From NCBI GenBank assembly GCA_002269645.1, contig NIVC01000059.1:1-64000 (forward strand): 64,000 nt of DNA, in the 5' to 3' direction. Below are positions 31,777-42,532 of this stretch, in pieces. The DNA comes from Macrostomum lignano (taxonomy: Eukaryota). Within the stretch, counting starts at the first letter, position 1. Each line of letters starts with the position of its first letter. The notes below the pieces were generated by a model, which was not told the DNA's origin, searched no databases, and worked only from the letters and a program-made list of their open reading frames with translations. Both the position numbers and the translations under genes were made by a program.

Positions 31777-33269
31777 GCTTAATATTTAGACTGTAGAGTA
31801 AATTTCTACTATTAATTGTATTAATAGTGCTAGTTTAACTGAAAATCAGTAAATAGCATGCAGCATTCAGACTACACGCTGTGGCGAATGCCAAGTTGCC
31901 ATTATATCGGTTTCACTGTGGTCTGTGGCTAACAGAAACGGTTGAAACTTCGAATGAAATAGCGGCAAGTCCAGTAGTAGTCTGTCTGATAGAGGGGCGG
32001 GGGTTGGGTGAATGTGCGGACACCCCACCACTCAAACCTCCAAGGCAAGGGGTTGTTGGGACGGCGGGCGTGCGGAGGATTAGAAAGGTTTGGGGCGTGG
32101 AGGCACATAGGTGTGTGTACATTCAGCCCAGAAGCTAAAACAAAAGCTCCAACGCACGTATAGCGAAGTTCCACTAGCCATAGACGACTTTATTTACAAG
32201 ATCTCGGAAGTAGAATCTAGGAGTCCATGGGCTGGCCCAGTGTCGAGCGCTGAATTTCTAAACCGCTAAACAGTTCTGGCAGACTTGCTGGCAGACAGTG
32301 AGTTGTACCGAGTTCTGAGTTCTGAGTAACTTGCTTTCTGACGCGCGCCCAGGCGCGTTGCAGGCTCAGCTCAGGCACCCCACCTACCAAATTTAACAAG
32401 TTTATCGCTTAGTTAGTTGACGAGTCACCCCACAATTGAGACAAGAACCGCGTGGGCCGTGGTGTGATTGTGTGAACTCAATCACACGTTGGAGAGTGTA
32501 CACTGTACAGTATATTGGAGCATCAGGAGCCGGAGCCATAAAAGTACGAGTCAAGAGTAAAGTCGTGTTAGGTGTCCTAACTGAAGACTGCTGGGCCTCA
32601 AATTAAGTCTGTCCTATTAGTCCTAATAGAGAGTTCAGCTAAGGACTAGGCCTTCTGGCAAGCGGGAGTGTTGCGCAATCTTTTATGAGGGTAGCGTAGA
32701 GAAGAGCGATGAGATAAGAGGATGGATGGGATGAGAGAAGAAAGGACAGAAAAAATTAAAGAGAAGACTTGTGGGGAGAGAGGAGAGCTGAGAAGAGACA
32801 AAAGCCTAGAGCAGGCTATCGTGAACTTTCAAAAGGACAAGAGGGCCGGATAATGAGACTTCGCGGGCCAGATTTTGCCGACCCCTGGCCTAAAACCTCA
32901 AACCTTTTCAGCAATTCTCATTAGAATATAAAATTGTTTGCAAAAATGCATCAAACAGTCGCATCAAATAGAGTCGCATTGCAAAAAAGACAATACTAGA
33001 TTTCGTATTCTTGCAACTAAGCTAATCCTTAACCTTAAAATCATAGTGAATTGAACAGAATTTACATCTTTTTTAAATATTCTGAGCATCTTCGAGAAAG
33101 TGAAACACAGACCACAACATTGCGGTAACTCAAAACGTTTTATTTCTTTCTAGGTAGTGCCTTGACAATTAATTTAAGAGAGACAACCGACTTAACACAG
33201 TGCAGTATCAAGTTGCTTCAGTGCAGATTTGGTTTTTTAACGACTCTCCAAAACGAACTGCATTGCAGT

Positions 33270-33998
33270 TCAATACTTTCCAGTATTCTTTCCGGCATAG
33301 TGGAAAATGCTATTGGGCTTAAACTTATAGCCGCCACCGTTGTTTCCTGATGAAGAAGCGTCGTTTCCAGAGTAGCTTTCTTCACCGACCCTCCGTCCAC
33401 CGCTGTAGCCACTTCGTCTACCGCTGTAGCCACTCCGTCTACCGCTGTAGTCACTCTCGATCCGTCCACCGCTGTAGTCACTCCGTCCACCGCTGTAGTC
33501 ACTCCGACCACCGCTGTAGTCACTCCGACCACCGTTGTAGTCACTCCGACCACCGCTGTAGTCACTCCGTCCACCGCTGTAGTCACTTCGTCCACCGCTG
33601 TAGTCACTCCGTCCACCGCTGTAGTCACTCCGTCCACCGCTGTAGTCACTTCGTCCACCGCTGTAGTCACTCCGTCCACCGCTGTAGCCACTTCGTCCAC
33701 CGCTGTAGCCACTCCGACCACCGCTGTAGTCACTCCGTCCACCGCTGTAGCCACTTCGTCCACCGCTGTAGCCACTCCGTCCATCGCTGTAGTCACTCCG
33801 ACCACCGCTGTAGTCACTCCGTCCACCACCATAGTAGTCATCCCATCCACCGCCGTAGCCGCCTTGTCCATCGCCGTATCTGCTGCCGCTGTAACCATCG
33901 CTATAATAGTTTCTATTGCAGTGAACAATCTGTGCGGCGCCTAATAATACGACTCCAACTATGCACCACAAAGCACTCCGCTCCGAGATTGTTGTCAT
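33270..33998 (-). CDS. Secreted Gly/Ser/Tyr/Arg-rich protein with ~21 (D/G)YSGGRS heptads
   Basis: Good-context ATG; signal-peptide-like ALWCIVGVVLLGAAQIVHC; the 21-nt repeat stays in frame between unique Tyr/Gly-rich flanks. Confidence 0.75.
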   Translation of the reverse strand: MTTISERSALWCIVGVVLLGAAQIVHCNRNYYSDGYSGSRYGDGQGGYGGGWDDYYGGGRSDYSGGRSDYSDGRSGYSGGRSGYSGGRSDYSGGRSGYSGGRSGYSGGRSDYSGGRSDYSGGRSDYSGGRSDYSGGRSDYSGGRSDYSGGRSDYNGGRSDYSGGRSDYSGGRSDYSGGRIESDYSGRRSGYSGRRSGYSGGRRVGEESYSGNDASSSGNNGGGYKFKPNSIFHYAGKNTGKY

Positions 33999-34788
33999 GA
34001 TTTTGAATGATTTAAATACTCGTATCTAGAGAATATAATTTCTGACACGATTTCTAATGGGTTCTTCATATCACTTTGAGTGTAGTCAGGTTTTATTAAC
34101 TAGCCAAGACTGGATCGAGAGGCATCGCACTTGCGCACAGTTTCAGATTGAAATCTTCAATTCTTCCAACCAATCAGATCGCGACGGTATACACTCTCAT
34201 GGTCAAGAGTACATACATGGACTTAGCTTAGAGTAGCAATGTACAAACTAATTTAAATTTTTACTTATGACACAGTTGCGCAATTAAATGTACATAGGAG
34301 CGTAATAGTATTACGAGCGCATGATCAACTATAATGAGGGTTTTCATGGCTCGATTCCAGAACCAGAATATGTACTCAGCAACATTGAAAGTCGCCACGG
34401 CCTTTGCCCCAGTAAGCAGAGTCTTTCGACCAGCGTCTTTCACTTGGCCAACCATTTTGATATTAAAAAATGCTTGAAAAAAATCAATGAAAACCGGGCG
34501 GAAGCTCCAATCCACCCAATCTTCGCCCTCCGCTCTTCCCAATCCCTCCTCACCCAGCCCAACTCTGCGTCGCGTGGCGCAAGTTGCGTCACTTAAAAGA
34601 CAATGCTGAACTGGAATTTACTTCGCACTCTCCTAAAGCTGGCGACTTTTTAATGTTGTTGAGTATGACTATACATATTTTTGTTGATGAAAATTTATAC
34701 GTTGCATAACTTTTTTAAGCCACCTCTTGGAAATCTATAGTTCCGGAACTTTAATGAACAATATGAAAATGTATTAAGAAGTATATCT

Positions 34789-35094
34789 CAGGAGCGTCGT
34801 CACCGAGGACACAGAGGGGGGCATGTCCCCCCCCCCCAGTAAAAGCAATGGGGAGACATGCCACTTCAGGGCGACAAAACATCGCGACTGCGGCGCCAAT
34901 ATTAGTGCCTGCGGCGCTAAAATGAGTGTCTGCAGCGCCAAATGAGTGCCTGCGGCGCCAAAATGAGTGTCTGCGGCGCAAAAATAAGTGTCTGCGGCGC
35001 CAAAAAGAGCGCTGACAACGCCGATTCTGAAAGTCATGTACATGTAGAATTTTTGGGTTTGACCCCCACCATAAAATCCATGGCAACGCCCCTG
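34789..35094. mobile_element. MITE of the same family as 24935-25168, with ~5 internal 21-bp repeats
   Basis: CAGGAGCGTCGTCA ... TGGCAACGCCCCTG; internal (ATGAGTGYCTGCGGCGCCAAA)-like array. Confidence 0.65.
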
Positions 35095-36923
35095 ACGCAT
35101 CTTATACATTTATGTACAATATGGTACATGTGAATGCTTGTATCGTGCAGTATCTTGTGGTACGTTACGTTCTTACGGATTGAGACACTTATTTTTCATT
35201 CTATACACGTTCCAATTCATTTTTCTATACTCAGAAACATTGTTGCATTGTTGAAAAAAGTGTTGAAAAAAAAACTTGCGTCATTTGCAGCGTAGTGAGC
35301 TGATGTCAATCGTTCTGGCAATGCTAACAACGCTAACGCTAGTGCTAATGCTGCTATGAGGAGGCATCATCATTGTTTCCAGCGTATTGGATGCTTTAAA
35401 CAAAAAATTGCCACAGTAAACAGGTTGCTATATCTGATAAAAAATATCTACTGGTATGTGTAAATTGATCACTTTTTAATTAACATGTAGGTCGTAATTT
35501 TTTGGAGTTTCTTAAAACTTTCCTGTTAACTTTTCCACCGATTCTTGTTTTAACAATTCTTACGAAGTTCAGGTACATTACAATCTGTAGGAACAATAGG
35601 AAAAGTAAAAGTTTTGAAATGAGAACTTACAACGTGTATTATTGTGACTAAGAAATATTATATTATAAAAATTATAAATATTTTACTGACAGTAGAAATG
35701 GTTTTATTCTTATGACCGTATTTTAATTGATTTTATTGGTAACGTATTTCCCTAGTAGCTCTACTGTTAGTAGAGTATCAAATAAAAGTTTCATATAATT
35801 TGTTTATACGTTCAATCTATTCTGCTTAAGAAGACAACAGCTTGACGAGCAAAACCTATTTTGAATCTGCGAAGTTGAGTTTGTAAGATTTAAACAAGAA
35901 TTGATTGAATGCGTAGTAGAAGCAAAAAGTGAAAAAAAAATTGATTGAAAATACAACTACACAAAGAAGCAGATAGAAAGTTTTTAATTACGAAAAAATA
36001 CTGCTATGCTTACAATTTACTTTACGTAAAGTATCAAGGAAATACTGGGTATGTCGTACGTATAGCAGTTGTATTCGTACATTTTAATTTATCGACTTTT
36101 TTTTACTTTTTCTATACAGTATTTCGTAGCGGACACAGCCTAAAACATGTAAGATAAGTAGAAATACACGTATGCACGGGAGTGGGTTATTGCATGATAA
36201 AGCTCTACAACTGCAACTGGTTTTACACAGCTTGACACAACAGACAAATTACAATCTTTAATCTTCTAATGCCGGAAAATATGCAGTAAAAATAGCACTT
36301 AAGCATATATAAATGATGCTTGGGTCTGTAGCTATTTGGATAAATTAGCAATCAATCGCTTACATGTACTTCTGAAGTTCGTAAAAATGGATCACAATTA
36401 AATAGCATATAACAGAGTACATAATTTTTGTTTTAGTTTCTTTTTCGAAATTGCATTTTATACCAAGATCTATTAAAAAGTACGCAAACGGTACGTCTTG
36501 ATACTTAAAGCTGTATCACAACGAATAAACAAAAGTTCAATCTAGAGAAAATATTTCTACGAGTATGGTTTTAGACAACCATCGATTTTAATGATGTAAA
36601 TTTTTCCATTCACGTTGGAAAATCTTCTCTCTGTTTTGGAGGTTGGCCTAGCAACTGAGGATCTGGGAGGCTGGCCTAGCAACTGAAGATCTGGGAGGCT
36701 GGCTCAGCAAGACTGTGTGCGGTAAATTCTCACACAGTACTATGCTACATGTAACAGCAATTATGATATAAATATTGAATAGTTTCAGCTGTTGCTATTG
36801 CTTACCAGTATTTCTATTGGTATTAATGATGCAAAGATTTCAAAGGCCAATACACTTTGTGTTTAGAAACTACGATCGTATCTACCCGAATCAACTTTTC
36901 AAGCCGCGTTCTTCTGACCACAA

Positions 36924-38130
36924 TCAGCCGAACATTTCGTCCACAAGCTGGTTGCTAAGCGTGCGAAGAGCAATGGCCTCCTCGGTTTCGTCGTCAGCTA
37001 CGCGACTTTCAGAGTACTCCGCCGCGGCTGGTCGGTCATTTTGCCAGCGGCAGGGGCAGACGAAGATGCGACGCAGGCCTCGACGAAGCGACGGGTTGAG
37101 CCAGGCGTAGAGCACTGTGCTGCAGGCGCTGTTCAGGTAGACAAGTAGCGCCGAGAAGCGAGTTAAGGAATCAGACACGTGCTCGGGATGAGTTTCCAAC
37201 AACTCAGCAACATAGAGAGCCACTGCGGCAGGGTGCAGACTGAGTGGCTCGCAGCCAAAACGATCACTGGGAGCAGGACGCGTTTAAAACGCGACGCTGC
37301 GCCAGGCGCCTGAGCGTCCGTGTTGCGCCGGATGCAGCGGTAGAAACCCAAGAAAAGAACCAACGGCAGGACAAGCCAGATGCAGATAGCACCGATTTTT
37401 AAACCGAAGCTCGACGAGGGTTGGTCTGCCGTATCACTGTTGTAATTGTCCAAGAAGTGGCCGCAGTAGTCAATGATAGCACTTCCGTTTCCGGTCGATG
37501 GGCTGACTGTGGCATAGGCGCCAATACAACTCATAACTGAGGTGCTCAGGATCCACAGGCCCAGCATGAGGCCCCACACAAATCGGGGACTGCGCAGTCT
37601 GTAAAGTTCAGGCCTCACCATGTCGACGTAGCAGTCGAATCCCATTGCGGTGATGGTGAAGGCGATGACAGTGAAGCTGGTATATTTGACCGTGTAGTTG
37701 ATCTGGCACAGGCCTCTTCCCCATTGCCATCCACTTCCCGTTGCCAGGATGAGCGGCACAATTGAGACAAGGTGAAGCAGGTCGGCAACAGCCAGGTTAG
37801 CCAGGTAGATGTTGACCACATTGTTTGGAGTTTTCTGAATCACCGCAACAATGAGAGCGACCGAGTTTCCGATCGCTCCCAGGACCAGGATGACGCCAAA
37901 AACGATGCTGAGAAGCAACTGCAGTGCAAAAGAAGAAGACAGCATGATGAGCGGCGATCGCGAAGAGGCAAAGACAGGTTCGAATGTTCTGAGAGCTCAA
38001 TAAAAAAATGAATTAATACATTACGAGCTAAATACCCCTTCGAAGACGAAGTCAAGCCCTCATCAGTTCCGGGACTCCCGGCAAATCTGCGGGTGACTGC
38101 AATTCGAGACACCTTCGCCCACGGCGCCAT
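36924..38130 (-). CDS. Rhodopsin-family (peptide-receptor-like) GPCR with one frameshift near 37225; possible pseudogene or assembly error
   Basis: GNS (TM1), NIYLANLAVADL (TM2), WQWGRGLC, DCY for DRY, CTLP (TM6). TM7/helix 8 (YLNSACSTVLYAWLNPSLR) is in the -1 frame. A 47-nt phase-2 intron at 38035-37989 links to ATG 38130. Confidence 0.8.
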
Positions 38131-38700
38131 GGTGTTCTAGACTCAGAATTTGGAGCGGCACTTGGAGTACATGACCTTGAAACTGACATTCTAGTTGGAT
38201 TTAGCCTTGCTGCACTGCCAGCCGTTGGTGCTTTAATGCCCTATTGTTACTTGAGAAATCTTTGTGTTATTACAACTGTCCGATTCAGGTCTCAATTGTC
38301 TCTGGTACTTAATTACTAATCAGATTACCACATATTATTTTTTTGTAAGAACAACATGTCCTACTATAAAAATAGATTTGGAAATTAACATCCTAGAGAA
38401 ATTTGCAAAAATCGATGCTTTTATAAATGTTAGCCTTCCAGATCCAGATTTTAAATCTAAAAGCTCCGTGTCCGTGCATCAGGGCCCCCTCGTGCATCAA
38501 GACTAGCTGGAGGGCGAGGCCTGAGCTCCCTGTCCTACGAGCTTGTACTTCGTTTTCGATGAAGATGTTTACAGTTTAATGGCTTGGTGTTGGGATTTTA
38601 TTTTATTTATTCGTCAGTATGGCTACAACCCTCTGAACATTCGTAAGGCCATTTGATGTCAGGTTTTTCAATTTTGATTGTAACAAATCCACTTATACAC

Positions 38701-38820
38701 AGAGGTGGATTCAGAAATATGAAAATGAGGGCCGGATTTTAACCATAAGAGTGGGGGCGCCACAATAAACACTAGAGGGGCGCCATACTGAGCAAACTGA
38801 GGGCGGTGAGGACCTCTTTC
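38701..38820 (+). mobile_element. Partial MITE homologous to 53296-54833, carrying a single copy of its satellite monomer
   Basis: Colinear similarity to both flanks of the 53.3-54.8 kb array; right end not resolved. Confidence 0.55.
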
Positions 38821-39594
38821 TGATGACGACCTGAGCTTATGTATGAAGTTTGCCGGGCAAACTTGCGAACAGCATTATACCAACCATGGCTTTTACAATG
38901 GGAAGGTGGATAGAATAAAGAATCCAAAACAAAAGATTTTTAGGAATTATTGCTATTTGCTTTTAGCGGCTGCAGGCACTCATTTTGGCTCCGCAGACAC
39001 TCATTTTCAAATCAACAAACCTCTTACAAGACACAAAATTTTATGCATAAGTTTTATGCATATTAAAAGTCCATAATGTGATTTCACTGATTTGGCGCAA
39101 AGAATCAATGAGTCATCCAGAGGGAGGTCAAAGTGATGGGAGGTCAGTTGCCCACCAAACCCCACCGTTGGTGATTGCTCCTAAATAAAGTGCTTCATGT
39201 ACTGTCTATTTCATTAAACTACATGGTTATTTTAAGGTACCTACATAAAATTTATGCAATCCAAAAATGTGATCGAGCAGTGGAAATCTTTTGCAGTTAT
39301 GGTTTTGGAAAGTTAAGGAAAATTCCACTGCAATATGAAGGAACCCTTGCTGGGGTTTGTGCAAGCACTGCTCTGTCCCTCGTGCACATTGCATTGCCAA
39401 GTGGGTTGCAGTTTCGACAGCTGGCCTCTCTATGCATTGTATAGAGTAGTTAACTAGAGAGTTGAAATTCTAATATACTTCGACCATGGAGTTCTTAGCT
39501 AAATATAACTGGAAATGAAAGTTTGAATAACAAAAATTTAGGGATTTAAAGGACTCGAAAAATAACGAAATTAAAATGAGGACTTGGGGAAGCA

Positions 39595-39915
39595 TGAAGT
39601 ATCGGTAGGCAGGTATGGGGAAGCATGAAGTATCGGTTAGGCAGGTATCGGGAAACATCAAGTATCGGTTAGGCAGGTATCGGGAAACATCAAGTATGAT
39701 CGGTAGGCAGGTATCGGCAAGCAGGTATCGGGAAGCAGGTATCGGGAAGCAGGTATCGGGAAGCAGGTATCGGGAAGCAGGTTTCGGGAAGCAGGTTTCG
39801 GGAAGCAGGTTTCGGGAAGCAAGTATCGGGAAGCAGGTATCGGGAAGCAGGTATCGGGAAGCAGGTATCGGGAAGCATGTTTCGGGAAGCATAGAATATC
39901 GGGAAGCAGGTGTCA
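39595..39915. repeat. 14-bp minisatellite (GGGAAGCAGGTATC)n
   Basis: Direct reading. Confidence 0.95.
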
Positions 39916-40409
39916 GGAAACAGAAAACATTGCATAAACAGTTTTTAGCGCTCCATGAACAGAATTTTTGCTTAAGTTCTGCCAGCCAACTCAGTTGTCT
40001 GGGTCAACCCCTGTGCAAAGTTGGAGAAAAAAATTAATCAATACACAAAGAGACTCCTATAGGTCTGCGCTGAGCATGCGCTTCGTTCTCAAACTTATTA
40101 TTGGACTCGGGCATGTTGACTCAACATTTCCGACTTTCCGACAGCTATACAGATATTTACAAAAGTTGCAGCGCTGGCTGTTTGGAAGAGCAGCAGCACC
40201 GGACTCAATCGCCAGCGACTAAAAGCAACAATTACAATTGCCTGAATAAGTATTGACGTAATTAGCTTATGGCCTACGAGTTTTGTAAGTAAAATAACAA
40301 TCACTTTATTAGTATGTCTTGTCGTTTACTCTTGTAGAAATGCGGTTGGATAACTCTTGGTCGTGGATTATCATGGATGGGCTCGATTACACTACCATTG
40401 TCCTGCTGT

Positions 40410-40802
40410 AGCAGCAGGGGCGCCAGCAGCAGGGGCGCCAGCAGCAGGGGCGCCAGCACCAGGGGCGCCAGCACCAGGGGCGCCAGCACCAGGGGCGCCA
40501 GCAGCAGGGGCGCCAGCACCAGGGGCGCCAGCACCAGGGGCGCCAGCACCAGGGGCGCTAGCACCAGGGGCGCCAGCACCAGGGGCGCCAGCACCAGGGG
40601 CGCCAGCACCAGGGGCGCCAGCACCAGGGGCGCCAGCACCAGGGGCGCCAGCACCAGGGGCGCCAGCACCAGGGGCGCCAGCACCAGGGGCGCCAGCACC
40701 AGGGGCGCCAGCACCAGGGGCGCCAGCACCAGGGGCGCCAGCACCAGGGGCGCCAGCACCAGGGGCGCCAGCACCAGGGGCGCCAGCACCAGGGGCGCCA
40801 GC
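40410..40802. repeat. 15-bp GC-rich minisatellite (CCAGGGGCGCCAGCA)n, ~26 copies
   Basis: Direct reading. Confidence 0.97.
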
Positions 40803-40815
40803 GCACTCACCTACA

Positions 40816-42532
40816 ATGGCATTTACCGTACAAAATACGTATCATCAGTGCATTTTCGCAAAAACGTTTACCTCAATTTTCTCACACCATTCCCCAGCAC
40901 CTCACCGCAGTCCCCTTCTGGTGCTGCTGCTTCTGACCGCCGGATCGCCGCTTCCATCCGCATCAACGTCGGACAGCTGCCGGAGGCCGGCGGTTGAACA
41001 GCAGCTAGCAGCTCTGCTGGACAGCGCACTGGATGCCAGCAGTAGCGGGAGCACAATGAACTTAACGATCCCCGGGAATCAAGTTCGTGTAGTACGTCTG
41101 AGCCTCACTGGGGTGGCCATCATCGGGCTGAGCGACCGGGGCACCGGGAGCGCCGGCAGCCGCGACGGCGTCCTGCAGTGGTCGGGCAGCTTCCTTCTAG
41201 CCTGGAATGACACTAAATCGGTTGCAGCGGCCAGGAAGAACAAGACAGAGTCTGCGAACATCGACTGGGCGCCTGAGATTGGCGTTGAAAGCGGTCTCAG
41301 TGCCACTAATAATGCCAGCATTGCGGACATCTGGAGTCGGTGAGCTGCTGAAGGATTTTGGGCGCTAGACACTGGAAATCGGGTGTCAAGCTGGGGATTC
41401 GAGTATCAGGAAGCAGGTATCGGGAAGCAGGTATCGGGAAGCAGGTATCGGGAAGCAGGTATCGGGAAGCAGGTATCGGGAAGCAGGTATCGGGAAGCAG
41501 GTATCGGGAAGCAGATATCGGTAAGCAGGTATCGGGAAGCAGGTATCGGGAAGCAGGTATCGGGAAGCAGGTATCGGGAAGCAGGTATCGGGAAGCAGGT
41601 ATCGGGAAGCAGGTATCGGGAAGCAGGTATCGGGAAGTAGGTATCGGGAAGCAGGTATCGGGAAGCAGGTATCGGGAAGCAGTATCGGGAAGCAGGTATC
41701 GGGAAGCAGGTATCGGGAAGCAGTATCGGGAAGCAGGTATCGGGAAGCAGGTAATCGGGAAGCAGGTATCGGGAAGCAGGTATCGGGAAGCAGGTATCGG
41801 GAAGCAGGTAATCGGGAAGCAGGTATCGGGAAGCAGGTGTCAGGAAGCAGGTGTCTGAAAACAGACAATGCCACTCAATGAGAGTAGAGCAGGACAAGGC
41901 TATAAGGGCTTTGACAACCCTCCCCATGCTATCGCAGACGCCACGCCTCAACCCGAGCGGTGCGGCCAAACGGCGAGGTGACCCTCCGCTTCCGGGCCGC
42001 CCTGCGAACTCAATGTCGAGTAATGCCCGGATCGTCTAGCTTTCCATTTTACACGCGACGCTGCGACCTTCGACTTGGCCGGCAGCGTCGGAGTCGCCGA
42101 CGACTCCGCTTGTTGCTTAGCAACGCCAGTTTGCTGGTGGCCGGCTCCAGCAGCTGGTCAGTGACCAAAGTTCGAGTCCTGCGTAGGCGTAAGCGACCAA
42201 GACGTCAACACAGAGTCCTCCCTGGCGACGCTGGGGAAGGAGCAACGGGAAGCGGAGGATGGGGAGGCGACGTGGACGACGAGCAGCAGCTGTTCCGCCT
42301 GGAGGTGGCGCGAGCTCTGGCCTACTATTGGATCCTGGCGGCGTTGCCTTTGGCAACCGCGCTCACCGCAGCGGCGGCGGCCGCGTTGGCCCTGCGGCTT
42401 GCCGGCAGTCGGGAGAGCGGGCAGCGCTGCCTGGACTGCGGCTGCGTGGCCGTCGGCTGCTGCCTGCTGTTGCTAGGCCAGGCTTCGGTGTACTTTTCAA
42501 CCGGAGGGCAGCAGCAGGTCGAGAAGTTTTGA
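40816..42532 (+). CDS. Divergent Cys-loop ligand-gated ion channel subunit (exons 40816-41339 and 41938-~42520; 3' exons uncertain)
   Basis: Signal-like LLVLLLLTAG, WND and W.PEI motifs. Phase-2 intron CG|GTGAGC...atcgcag|A. Cys-loop C-RVMPGSSSFPFYTRR-C, pre-M1 R.LAYY..LP, M1 and M2-like segments. Confidence 0.72.
41400..41855. repeat. 14-bp minisatellite (GGGAAGCAGGTATC)n in intron 1 of the channel gene
   Basis: Same monomer as 39595-39915. Confidence 0.95.

Noticed and set aside
32812-32888. Tiny hAT-like MITE (TTGCCGACCCCTG end)
   Set aside because: Only one convincing TIR; TSD match is 6 of 8.
33218-34000. Alternative-frame ORFs (VDGVTTA and HRCSHSV repeats)
   Set aside because: Shadows of the 21-bp repeat; only the YSGGRS frame has a good AUG and a signal peptide.
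40357-40815. PGAPA collagen/elastin-like N-terminal extension
   Set aside because: Produced by a 15-bp satellite; no in-frame AUG or usable acceptor upstream (stop at 40351).
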